DNA of 63,494 nt, filler included, from Asterionella formosa (lineage: Eukaryota), in the NCBI GenBank assembly GCA_002256025.1. It is 26 parts of 26 records of this genome, joined end to end, with 100 filler letters (N's around TTAATTAATTAA, not from the genome) between each part and the next. Parts side by side here need not be neighbours in the genome. Positions count along the whole stretch, not along the records: positions 51,752 to 52,836 come from NKIB01004435.1; positions 52,937 to 54,021 come from NKIB01004436.1; positions 54,122 to 55,206 come from NKIB01004437.1; positions 55,307 to 56,391 come from NKIB01004438.1; positions 56,492 to 57,575 come from NKIB01004439.1; positions 57,676 to 58,759 come from NKIB01004440.1; positions 58,860 to 59,943 come from NKIB01004441.1; positions 60,044 to 61,127 come from NKIB01004442.1; 18 more parts are not named here. One strand, given 5' to 3'. Below the pieces are notes generated by a model. The model did no database searches, had not been told where the DNA came from, and saw only the letters and a program-made list of their open reading frames with translations. This document shows, in pieces, positions 51,752 to 63,494 of the stretch. The translations under genes were made by a program, and so were the position numbers. Position 1 is the first letter of the stretch; every line of letters begins with the position of its first letter.

Positions 51752-52836
51752 ATATATATATATATAGCATTGGACATTTATAAAATTCAAAGGCGCTCTC
51801 GATATGGAACATCTGATATGGTTGAGATGGCCATACTTGCATATACATAATTCGAAAATACTCAATGCACTACATGTCCATTGTTTTCCACGACTACGTG
51901 TACCGGTATTATCTCTGAAATTTGTTTGCATCGATATTTTCTACGTCCATTGAAACTAATTATTTAGACCATTCAATAGGTGTAAGTCATAACCGCCAGG
52001 GTTTTGGTAGCAAATTGTTTAAGCCCCTTTTTAGGGCGGGAGCTCTTCATGTTTACTGGTACATCATATGACAATAACAATATATCATATATATATACAG
52101 AGTACCAGCAACAGGTAGTAAGTGATATACTGGGGGTAGTCGGAGAAGTAAACTAGCAACAGAACACCATATGCTCAGGACTGTTGCTACTGCAGTGGGA
52201 CAGTATATCATCATAGTTTTAGGATCGTATGAAAGTTAAATTAAAAACCAAAAGAACACCATATGTTCAGGACTGTTGCTACTGCAGTGGAACAGTAAAT
52301 CATCATAGTTTTAGGATTGTATGATCGTAAAACTAAAACCAATAGTCAGAGTAATAAGCAAGCAACAGAACACCATACGTCTATGACTGCTGCTATTGCA
52401 GTGGGACAGTAAATGAATTTAAGATCATCGAACTTTGAGGAAGACAACGACAACAGTTATCTAGTAGTACAATGTCTTCAAGAAACCATAAAGAGGTTCA
52501 TGGAAAGGAGCGACATGTGGCAAATACTGCTGGTATGGAACAAAGAAGCAAGTTCCAAAATGAGTTAACAAAGAAAAAGCGATTAGGCGATTATCCAAAG
52601 CAACCCAATTGGCGATTGGGAGACGTTGGGGGTAATACCCCATCGTCGATGGGGACACCATCAGCTACTAGTACAAAGGATCCCGTAATTGATAGTGACA
52701 GCGATGATGACGTTTCTACTTCAGTTATTGATCCAAGAAAATTGGCTCCTGTCGATGATACCATTACAATTCGGTTCAAAACTCGTCCATACGAGGTTAT
52801 CAAGACTCTTCAATTTCAGGAGCCTTATCAGAACGT
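51752..52836 (+). mobile_element. Copy of the Plavaka-like element's 5' region: 92-bp array plus start of the accessory ORF (52472), with an internal deletion
   Basis: Reverse-complement homology to ~14125-15730 across the contig; ORF paralogous to 14644-14102. Confidence 0.9.
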
Positions 52837-53589
52837 NNNNNNNNNNNNNNNNNNNNNNNNNNNNNNNNNNNNNNNNNNNNTTAATTAATTAANNNNNNNN
52901 NNNNNNNNNNNNNNNNNNNNNNNNNNNNNNNNNNNNAGCATCCTACCAAAGGCTTAATTAATTTATGGAATCCTGTGTTGGTGCAGCGATACGTTTTTCG
53001 TGAGTTCATGTTTGAAACAATTTTGATACATGCATCACGATCAAAACACAAAAGCACCATGGCGTCATTGTTCCATCATTTCAATGCTGCAAGACTTGAT
53101 GGCTGCTCACATTAATCATCCTCTTGGAGAATGCTTATTGCACTTGGTAGGCCTTGCAGGAAGTCATTGAGTAGTTGATGCAGGTCGAAATGCACAAGCT
53201 AAACAAGTTAAGTAGTAAATCAAGTTTGATAATAATAAAATAAAATGTTTATTCTTTTCCTTTTTAGATTTGCTATTTATACATTATTTCCTTTTGTCAC
53301 AAGTCTTTCCCTTCCCTCCATCATACCTTCAGAACTTGGCTATAATCAGCAGAACCTTGTTTAATGTTTGACAGCTTATTGCTCCAACCTTTCCTTCTTT
53401 AAATGACATTCCTCCACTCAAATTAGAATTTGATCTCCAATTAATCTGTCAGAAAACCCAAATATATTTTCACTTTCCGCATGCGTTAATATAAATTTAT
53501 TATAGACTCAACAACACAATACTAGCTATGCTGGTTTCGTTTTAACAAGTGGATGCAACTCAAATTGTAATACATTTTTCGAGTTGAAC

Positions 53590-53960
53590 TGGCTTTCAGT
53601 GGACCAACACCAAATCTCGATTTCAATTTCATGAATTGATAAACTTCGTCATGATGATGAAATTATCCAACAAATCAAAACAAGATATTTGCAGTTTCAA
53701 TTATTCTACGAAAATTGAATTGTTCCATTGCTGAGTTGATCTCTCATCAGACCCACACCGAGTCGCACTTTCAATATGAATCATTACTAGCCTTCATGAT
53801 ATGACCCTTGATTATCCAACACAACAAAGCTATTTTCAACCTACTCTATGCAGATATTTTATTTGGTTCAACTCTCAGCAGACCCAAATCGATTTTTGCT
53901 TTCCATATGAATCATTACTAGTCTTCATCATATAATGAAAGATTATCCTGTACAGCAAAC
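53590..53960. repeat. Highly degenerate tandem repeat, about 3 units of 130-150 bp
   Basis: Recurring tc..cagaccca....atgaatcattactag.cttcat.....attatcc. Confidence 0.5.
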
Positions 53961-54121
53961 AGTATGTATGCACTTTTCGAACAGTGCCAAGTCGACACAA
54001 ACCTGACCGAACTGTTTTTTTNNNNNNNNNNNNNNNNNNNNNNNNNNNNNNNNNNNNNNNNNNNNTTAATTAATTAANNNNNNNNNNNNNNNNNNNNNNN
54101 NNNNNNNNNNNNNNNNNNNNN

Positions 54122-55206
54122 AATGGGTCAAACTTGAACTTTTCCCAAAAGTCAAGTTTATCACAGGTGATATTGAACTTGATGAAAGGGGACCAACTAG
54201 TCTGGCACTCTCATTTCGTGCTCACTTCCCAAGTCTATTCATGGGAACCGATAAGGACTTCGAGTCAATTTGGCAGACATATAAGAATGATATTAATAAA
54301 GTGATGTCTGAGAAAAGAAATGCCGTTGTTACCACTCTCAAACATGCCTTTGCCAGTAAGTAAACAACTTGACTTGGTGGTATGCCTGATTTGTTCTTGA
54401 CTTGGTTAACATACTCATTGTTTACTACTTACAAATCATTCCATTCCAATCTGCAAAACTTCAGGACTTTTTCGTGATGGTGTGCACATTCATCTGAATA
54501 AGCATACCATCTCCAACAGCCGTTCTGTTTCTATTCAGGAGACAGGTGATGGAGAAGGAACCAAGAATCATCCTTTCTTCCTTCTAGTTGAGTACTTTTA
54601 TTCCAGGGTTAGGCGAAAGCTGTCTTGGAAACAACAGTGTGCTAAGAAGCATGTCAGTGACATTGTTAGTGTTTCTGACGAGGTTTTTTCATTTTTGGTC
54701 TTGGAGAATTGTTGGGATGTCTGGTTGCATAAGGCAATGATGAAAGGTCATGAAGATGATACTCCTGCACCAAAATACGTTTATACCGGTACTGGAGGAC
54801 AGGGAAAGAGATATGGTGGCTGGGACGCAAAGGGATATGCCAGGTTCAACAGCCTGTATGACATAGTTGTTCATCAAAGGACAACTGCCATGAGCAGGCA
54901 GTTGGAGATCAGTTTTAAGTCCAATCTTCTTGTTTTGGCTGGAGTTTCACAAGGTTAGTCACTTCGGGGAAGTGAACAAAGTGGAATTGTTGAAATGATG
55001 TTCATGGAAAATATTGACGAACTGATGGACATTTACATTGAAGTTACGCCAGGGAACAACAGTGTGCCTGCCATTAGAGTTCGGAATGATCTAGTGGCCA
55101 TTTCTCTTCCAGTAAGCACAACTCCGGCATCTTCCATCAGTGGATTGACTCCACAAGTTATTTCAGGAAGAACTTCAAGGATAACAACTGGTAGTAATAA
55201 GAGTGC
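54122..55206 (+). mobile_element. Fragment of a transposon-associated accessory ORF of the type seen beside diatom Plavaka/CACTA-like transposases
   Basis: LFPKVKFI..., then SDEVFSFLVLENCWDVW...KY...GWDAKGYARFNSLY..V...R. Family link is from recall only. Confidence 0.5.
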
Positions 55207-55306
55207 NNNNNNNNNNNNNNNNNNNNNNNNNNNNNNNNNNNNNNNNNNNNTTAATTAATTAANNNNNNNNNNNNNNNNNNNNNNNNNNNNNNNNNNNNNN
55301 NNNNNN

Positions 55307-56391
55307 ACAAACTTGCGCTCAACAACACCGTTCTGCTGAGGTGTATTTGGTGCTGTGTATTCAATCTGAATACCATGCTTGGTGCATACAGATGACAAAT
55401 TTTCGAGATTTTCACCTGCATTATCACATCGTAGATACTTGATGACATATTTTGCTGCAAATAGCTTGATAAGTAGCTCGTCCACAATTTTGGATAGTAA
55501 ATTCTTCTTCTTAACAAAAAAACTCCATGACTTTCCAGAGAATTGATCGACAACAAGTATCCAGTAATTGCTTCCCACAATGGACTTTTTGTATGGCCCT
55601 GAAGTGTCCACGAAAATCCGTTCACCGGGTAGTACAGCCTGTACAGTCGACACTTTTGAAACTGCCTTTGCTTTCGCCTTTGCCTTAGAGCATCCGTCAC
55701 ATGACCGGAGGGTACCAGTAAGTTCTATCTTCAGTGCTTTGAACGTAGCACGTAGTGCGGCTTCCCCAATATGCCCGTAGATATCGTGTGCCTCGTTGAT
55801 ATCCTGTGACTTCATTTTGTCCTCCCCACTCATAACTGTATGGGTGTTTGTAGACAAGTTTTTGGTACTATCGGCCCCCTGGGGCAATGGGGCAATAACC
55901 ATGGATACGACATCGGCATAACTCGCGCGACTTCCTTTAAAATAATAGAGAACTCCATTGGTCTCTCTGTTAAATGAAATATGTCCTCCACGACCTTTCT
56001 TAACGGTCATTGTAGACCCTGTGACTGAAAGGTCAAAACCGTCGCGGATTAGGACGCCCAAACTGACGATGTTCTTGTGAAACTTAGGCGTGTACAGGAC
56101 ATCCTTCAATGTCATAGTCTTCTCTCCGTTGGTGAGCTTGATGTCACCGCGTTTTGTGCATTTAATTTCCGAGCCATCGCCGACGACAACTGTGACACTG
56201 ACTGGGCGTACATTTGTCATACCGACGTCACTCATTGTGATATGGGCGGTAGCTCCAGTATCAGCGAGCCAATTCTCCTGTAGGGCAATAGAGCGAGGAG
56301 CAACAGCAGAGGCACAAAACTCTTTATTATTAAATTTTACATCACAATCATCAATAATTTCCTCGCAAATACCGACAAAAGTCCACTCTTT
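55307..56391 (-). mobile_element. Ty1/Copia pol fragment: protease, GAG-pre-integrase, integrase core (open frame)
   Basis: WLADTGATAHIT, H..GH..C..C, IFVDTSGP, LRCDNAGE, PQQNGVVERKF. Confidence 0.95.
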
Positions 56392-57014
56392 NNNNNNNNN
56401 NNNNNNNNNNNNNNNNNNNNNNNNNNNNNNNNNNNTTAATTAATTAANNNNNNNNNNNNNNNNNNNNNNNNNNNNNNNNNNNNNNNNNNNNCTGTTTCCC
56501 AAGTCCAATGGTACCACCAGAATGCAGCAAAGTTTTCTTCCCATTCATGATCCTTGGGACTTCGTCATGTTGTGGCGTTCTACCCCCTGCTCCATAACCA
56601 CAGCCACCCTGTCGCGGGTCGTTGCAAGTCACGATAATGGGTTATGTACCAAATTTTTCCGGTATAATAGAGGGGGGGGGGCAGCGCTTTGACTTTCACA
56701 GCCTCTCTACAGAGCTGCGACAGAAAATAATAGGGAAAAACATAGTACCACCATAACCGTAGGTGCTACTTAAAGGTGCTGATAAAAGATGTAGACGTAC
56801 TACCTGGTACCAGGTACCGGTAGTAACTCGTCAGCCTGGCTAATTATCGCGCCAGTTAAATTCATAAAAGCAATATTATGATAACTACCGGGTAGGTATG
56901 CCGTGAATCAACACATCACGAGCATTGATTGTCTCCAATAGTACTTAGAAGTGCTGTCACTAGTAGCAGATCACAATGATTTTGTTGTTTTAACAAACGA
57001 CGTGTTAACTTAAC

Positions 57015-57575
57015 TTAGTTTTACGATCATACAATCCTAAAACTATGATGATTTACTGTCCCACGGCAGTAGCAACAGTCCTGAACATATGATGTTCTAT
57101 TTGGTTTTAATTTTACGATCATATGATCCTAAAACTATGATGATTTATTGTCCCACTGCAGTAGCAACAGTCCTGAACATATGGTGTTCTTTTTGGTTTT
57201 AGTTTTACGATCATATGATCCTAAAACTATTATGATTTACTGTCCCACTGCATTAGCAACAGTCCTGAACATATGGTGTTCTGTTGCTAGTTTACTACTC
57301 CGACTACCCCCAGTATATCACTTACTACCTGCTACTGGTACTCTGTATATATATATGATATATTGTTATTGTCATATGATGTACCGGTACACATGAAGAG
57401 CTCCCAACCAAAAAGGGGGCTTAAACAATTTGCCACCATAACCCTGGCGGTTATGACTTACAAGGTACACGTAGTCGTGGAAAACAATGGACATATAGTG
57501 CATTGAGTATTTTCGAATTATTTATATGCGAGTATGATCATCTCAACCATATCAGATGTTCCATATCGAGAGCGC
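57015..57575 (-). mobile_element. Copy of the Plavaka-like element's 5' region with a 92-bp tandem array
   Basis: Repeat cores at 57033, 57125 and 57217; the following sequence matches ~15320-15700 with an internal deletion. Confidence 0.88.
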
Positions 57576-58184
57576 NNNNNNNNNNNNNNNNNNNNNNNNN
57601 NNNNNNNNNNNNNNNNNNNTTAATTAATTAANNNNNNNNNNNNNNNNNNNNNNNNNNNNNNNNNNNNNNNNNNNNGCACATACTATTTTGCGATCATTGA
57701 TCGCCGGCCAGGCAATGGAAGATTTAATTTGGATTTTGGATACCGGTATGTTTCAAAACCGACATGTAGAGAATATCCTGCCCACAATGCTGGGGCTCTA
57801 TGTAACTTCTATTTTGTTCGTCTGGCGTGCATTGTTGGTCGTTTTTCGTCGCTTTCCACATGGATTATATTTTAGACGAGAAAATAATAGCATAAAAGAA
57901 AACGTGAACGAGTTCACCTGCATTGCTGTCTTGTGGCTGTCGTGCGTGGCTCCTGCTTCGAAAGAGGGATACCGGTATACCTAGCGAATTACGGATAACA
58001 TCGGTACTCATCATGATCCGGCAGGCAAAAGAAGCGATATTTATACCGGTAGTACAATTTTGTTTCCATGGCGGTGCACATCTTGCATGCTCCATTACTA
58101 GACAATTCATTTGTTGAACGCTCATGTCTATCGCTGGACTGTCGAGACGTTTTCCAATCATATTAGAAACGTTATCTCACGAAG

Positions 58185-58759
58185 ATGTACAAGCTGAACT
58201 CACGGATGGGAAAATCATATCCTAACGGCGCCTCGTCCCTTTCCCCTCTTGAAACTGAAATGCACCTTCCACAAGCAACGAAGACTGCGCTTTCACCAGC
58301 ATATTCGCCCACATGTCGTGAAAAGGCTGACGATTCCTTCGCCTCGTCTCCATCTTACACTCGGCATAGCTACCGAAACGACTATAGCCGTGCTCAGCAC
58401 GTTGAGCTTCCGCACATGGTGCCGCCGTCAACAAACAAGCAACAGGAAACCCCGCCTCCTCTTCCTCCGAGGACACCATCTCCCATGACACCAGATCAGC
58501 TTCGATTCAGTGCATTTACGAATAGATTTTCAGCACACGATCCAAGAGTATCGCCAATAGGACGAAATCCAAATCATCATCAACCTCCCCTCCCAAATTA
58601 CCATGTCGTCCCTGTCAGTGAACGTATCAAGCGTTTTGGTGAACAGGGAGGCTATGCGCAGCAGTCAGCCATGTTCAATGAGGAACAGAACAAGCTTCAA
58701 CTGCAAAGTTCTTTGGATTCAGAAGGAGACCACCCAGAAGATTCTCATCAATCATTGGG
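58185..58759 (+). CDS. Hypothetical Ser/Pro-rich protein, 3' partial
   Basis: Open for more than 190 codons to the contig end; gene-like composition; PPPLPPR motif; no recognisable domain. Confidence 0.5.
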
Positions 58760-58859
58760 NNNNNNNNNNNNNNNNNNNNNNNNNNNNNNNNNNNNNNNNN
58801 NNNTTAATTAATTAANNNNNNNNNNNNNNNNNNNNNNNNNNNNNNNNNNNNNNNNNNNN

Positions 58860-59943
58860 ACCGGCTACTATCAGGCCTACATGGAAAAGGTCATTCCTCA
58901 TCCGAGTTACAATAGTGCTACTAACAAGAACGATGTTCTTGTCATCAAACTCAAGACAGCCATTACTCAAGTCGCCCCTGTTGCTTTGAATACCAACAGC
59001 GCTGTGCCTGCAGTTGGTGCTGCCGAGATTGTGTTTGGATTCGGTACCACCTCATCTGGAGGGACGAGCTCGAATGTGTTGCTCGAAGTAGGGCAGAATG
59101 CTGTGAGCTATACAACTTGCAATAACTATTATGGAAGCATTTTCGATGCAGGAATGACCTGTTCCTACAGTGCCGGAAAAGATTCGTGTCAAGGGGACTC
59201 TGGTGGTCCACTCATTCTAGGTGGCAGCAGCAGCGCTGCCACTGATATTCAAGTGGGCATTGTTTCCTTTGGAGACGGTTGCGCTAAAATCGGTGTTCCT
59301 GGTGTATACACACGAGTGAGCTATTACACAGCGTGGATTCAGAGTCAAATTTGTCTCTGGTCGTCATTCAAGCCCGCAACTTGCACCTCAACAACGAATG
59401 CTCCAACATCAGTTCCAACCCAAACTCCAACAAAGGCTCCAGTACCTGCCACCAAGGCGCCTACCAATGCTCCAACCACAGTGACACCTACCAAATCTCC
59501 TACCACTGTGACACCTACCAAGGTTCCATTGCCAACCACTATGATACCTACCAAGGCTCCAGTGCCTACCACTGCGACGCCTACCAATGCTCCTATCACC
59601 GCGACACCTACCAAGACGCCGACTCAGAGTCCAACGGCAATGCCGACTGCTCTGCAAACAATTTCTGGCACTATTAGTGCTTCTACTTGCAATTACTATT
59701 CAAGAAATGCCATTACTAATCTGCCTAATACATGCTCCTGTTCCACTGAGTCTTGCTCCTGCACAAATACTGCTGACATCCTCAAATCAAATAAAGGGGC
59801 AGTTTGCAAAGATTGTCAGTGGTGTCTTGGTGGAGTATGTGCTGTTCCTTTTGGAACCTATGGTGAAAATTCACCCTATTCTCCATTTGGATATGGAACT
59901 GGTTTCACTTATACAAGTGGGCGTACTGGAAAGTTCATCATGA
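58860..59943 (+). CDS. Trypsin-like serine protease (S1) with Pro/Thr-rich stalk and Cys-rich tail, partial at both ends
   Basis: HPSY..NDVLVIKL, DSCQGDSGGPL, GIVSFG and PGVYTRVS, followed by PTKAP repeats and a Cys cluster. Confidence 0.93.
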
Positions 59944-62900
59944 NNNNNNNNNNNNNNNNNNNNNNNNNNNNNNNNNNNNNNNNNNNNTTAATTAATTAAN
60001 NNNNNNNNNNNNNNNNNNNNNNNNNNNNNNNNNNNNNNNNNNNCTGTCGGTCGTCCCTCGCCTGTGAACTTAACAGAAATATTGTATGCACCTGCTGAGC
60101 AAACAAATATGAATTATTGCATGCAGAATTTTGAAGCAAATAGCAGCAGTATAGCAATTGTATGACATACCGTATTAGGTGGATGCGGAAAATAATACCT
60201 ATATGCAAGGTGTAGTACATAATTATCCTTTCATATATGTAGAGTGTTACAAGTATGGACATATCAATTTCAATGAGACACATAAATAAGTCGTCTGACA
60301 ACAAGTTATAATATACCGGTAATATACATTTATGTAGGTATTCCGGGGAGTTGACGGTAATTCCGAAGTACGAGAAGTCACGTGTAAAAACTGTGTTTCA
60401 TCTAAAATCGACCTCGTATCACGTTTTCTGAATCGCTCAAAGGCAAAAGAACGCGAAGCTGGCATAGAGGAGCAAAAGTACGCAAGAGAACATGAGGTTC
60501 GCAAAAGTTCGCAAAAGACCACAGAAAAGCGTATATCTATCTTGGCTTTCTCATTTTGCTGTCTGTAAAGGAATTTTCGTTCGAACTCTTTCTGTGTGAG
60601 ATTACCATTGATATACTTTCTTGCCGTGTATTGGAACAAATGTTCATATTCCCCCTGGATGTTTAATGCCTTATCAGAGCTCAAATTCGTTCAAATTCGC
60701 TTTGAATAGTAGCGCGTACTTTTCAAGAAGTACGCGAATTTCTGAAAAGGATACGACCTTCTCAGAAGTACCCGGTGGGTGAACTTCGCAGAAGAACGCA
60801 TGACTAGAATTTCGCATGACTTGAAAATAATCAGCGAATTCTATGCTCGATTCACACAAGGAATTTTCCATGTCATACCGAGGAAGTACGGGTTTCCCGT
60901 TCTATGTCCCGGTGACAAGGAAATGGTCATGTGTCCCTCTCCTTTTGTATACTGGTAAGTACCAGGTACTAACCTGAGGAAGGTCTGGTACCAGGTACCC
61001 GGTAATGGAGTTATTTTGCTACACCTTCTTCAAAGTATAAATGAGTTTTACCAGACCTTCCAGAGGTACAACCAAATACGTAGCCCTGGTATTTGCTCTT
61101 TTGCTGTGCTCGGAGTACCTGCAAGTTNNNNNNNNNNNNNNNNNNNNNNNNNNNNNNNNNNNNNNNNNNNNTTAATTAATTAANNNNNNNNNNNNNNNNN
61201 NNNNNNNNNNNNNNNNNNNNNNNNNNNGGTGTCAGGCTACTACAGCGATGCGCATGGTTGCAGAAACCAGACCATTTACGCTACATAACGATGTAGGTCA
61301 AGATTGGGTTCAGCTTTTCCCTTCTTATTTCGGTCTTCGATTGTGTGGTGATGGAAAGTCAATGTTGCCTGGTGTGTAAGTACTACAACAATGATTCACA
61401 ATGCATACATCTCCATTGGAACTATTATTTTTTTATTTCATTTCTAACCCAAAACAATTTTTTCTATTTCTTATTTGATGCTACTTATTACATCGCATTT
61501 CATACTTTGGTTGCTCCAAACATCATGTTCAATTTTCGTTGATGTTGCATGTTACAATCATTCTTGTGGTGTGTTTTACGCTTGTTGTACCATCTCTATG
61601 CATATTACCGTTATTCTGGTTGTCATGCTAAAATCGGCAATTTTATTGCCGAAAAATTTGATGTGCCCCATATTGCCCTTAAATAAAAATTACTTAGAGA
61701 CTAAAAATTACTTAGAAGTACCCGAATGGCAAGACGATAGCTGGAGTGGGAATTGCTGAAAACCTTCACTAATTGGTTTCTTTTCTGGTTGCCAATGTCC
61801 GCCTTGAACAATGTTTCTTGCTTTGACTTTAATTTCACCAGTTCAATCGCAAATCAAGAACCCATTCCTCATATCATCTTTATTGCTGCTTTGGCAAGAA
61901 AGAGGAGGTATGAAAATGGACACTGACTGAGATTCTGGTGGACAAAGATATTCGACAAAATCCGATCTACTACTGGTTGTCACTTACTGTTACAAGGTGT
62001 CAATATTTGTTTACAACATGAGGGACTACAGGTACAATTCCTTCACCTCCAAGCGGCTGCTTAAAACCCAACAATCCCTCAACTGGTGTGATGTTGTGAG
62101 ACATCAATCAAGACAAAGAGGATAGCAAGGTTAACAATGATGGCAACAACAACAATACAGGTGATGTGCGCCAATCTCATATTTGTGGTGAACTTGTTTT
62201 ATTCTCTATGCATATATACTAGCTTTACCATGTCATTATGAGTTGGGGAACAAAGTCTACAAAGTTTTCTATGCAAGAATATGGGTGATGAATCCCCGAA
62301 ATTATGAAATTNNNNNNNNNNNNNNNNNNNNNNNNNNNNNNNNNNNNNNNNNNNNTTAATTAATTAANNNNNNNNNNNNNNNNNNNNNNNNNNNNNNNNN
62401 NNNNNNNNNNNTCGCCGAGCACGAATCGCTCATGACTGTTCGAACGAGTGACAATACCCGGTACTCCTGGATGAGTCAAAACACAATAATACAAGGGCAG
62501 GTGTGATAAAAAATGATTCTTTACACAAGGAAGCACAGGTCAATTTCGAAAGTACCACAACTTGGAGCAAGGTCCTGTAGCTAATTGGCTGCTTCCTTGA
62601 ATTGATGCTGTGAGATTCTGTTGCAAATCATCCCCATTCATCGACAAGGTGGAAAATGAAGAAATCGAACCCGCCACCTCATGAGGTGTGCCGTGTGCCA
62701 AGAACAATTAAAGCCATTCCTTTATAAATGCAAGATCTAACAACTGCAAAAAGCATTTGGAGATCACTTGACTGTACAAACCTATCAACCTAATAACTTA
62801 CTTAGTAACTCAAAAAAAAGCAGCAACGACGAGACAGAAACAAACATCTCTGTATATAGCCTTCTTTGTCTGATGATAGATTTATCTAGAAAAGGTAATA

Positions 62901-63494
62901 CTTTGCTTACAATGTATGTACAATCAGCAAGAAATATCCCTATATGCAAATATGCAACTTTGCTTTGGGGTCAGATGATCAGAATCCCTCCTAGGAAAAT
63001 TTGTCATGAGCAGGAGACAGCACACCCGGTATTCTCATATATATGTAGGAGTATTTATTATATATATACCAGCGGCATGAAAGTTCCATACCATATTTTG
63101 GTAAATGCAAAGGTATAACCCAACTTTGCTTGGTGGCCACATTGCGATGATCAGAATCTCTCCTAGGACCATCAGTTATGATCAGGAGGCAAAACAAGGG
63201 AATAAGAGGTCTTCCGGTATCATTTAACTGGTTCTGTGGGCCATCAATGCGATGCAGCACAATGCAATGAGCAAAAGCAGTCAACATGGATTGCCCACTC
63301 AGTTTATAAATATATTTTGCATGTAGCAGCCACAACATCAAAAACTAAAGCAATACAAATATAAGAGTCATTACGAAAATCTACAACTACAGGTACTCTG
63401 ACTGGTACTACCGGTAAAATTCTGGTACAATAAATTTGTTATCATTTTCCATATTTCTTAGCATTTGCCTTCATATCGTCAACATATTCAACAG

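Noticed and set aside
60247..60871. Two minus-strand ORFs as a frameshifted gene
   Set aside because: No recognisable motifs; cannot be assigned.

Overview
This is eukaryotic nuclear DNA, most likely from a diatom or related stramenopile. The evidence is short GT-AG introns, a diatom-type PEPCK and PGRL1 sequence, and CoDi-like Copia elements. It is not one locus: 26 contigs are joined by 25 artificial 100-bp linkers (44 N + TTAATTAATTAA + 44 N). Most contigs are about 1.09 kb; two are about 17.4 kb (2377-19862 and 31847-49281). Adjacency across linkers therefore means nothing. Host genes: UBE4B/Ufd2, an AAAP amino-acid transporter, OXA1, mitoferrin, PEPCK, an SGNH-like protein, a CSN8-like protein, a TFIIF-alpha-like protein and a trypsin. 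Pseudogenes: GT31, ARM-LRR and PGRL1. Transposon relics: LINE APE and RNase H fragments, a Plavaka-like DNA transposon whose repeat-bearing 5' region occurs four times, a DIRS/Ngaro-type element and three Copia fragments. The most interesting signals are: (1) abundant TA-CC(A/T)GG-TA and TA-CCGG-TA motifs, which paralog comparison shows are insertions duplicating a TA, consistent with Tc1/mariner-type excision footprints piled up in promoters; (2) a PGRL1 fragment fused behind the transposon's 5' repeat array; (3) a hypervariable 84-bp LRR array plus an orphan LRR unit elsewhere; (4) 92/115-bp tandem arrays and a 509-bp insertion with an ~80-bp duplication inside the Plavaka-like element. All family calls come from motif recognition by eye; no database searches were run.
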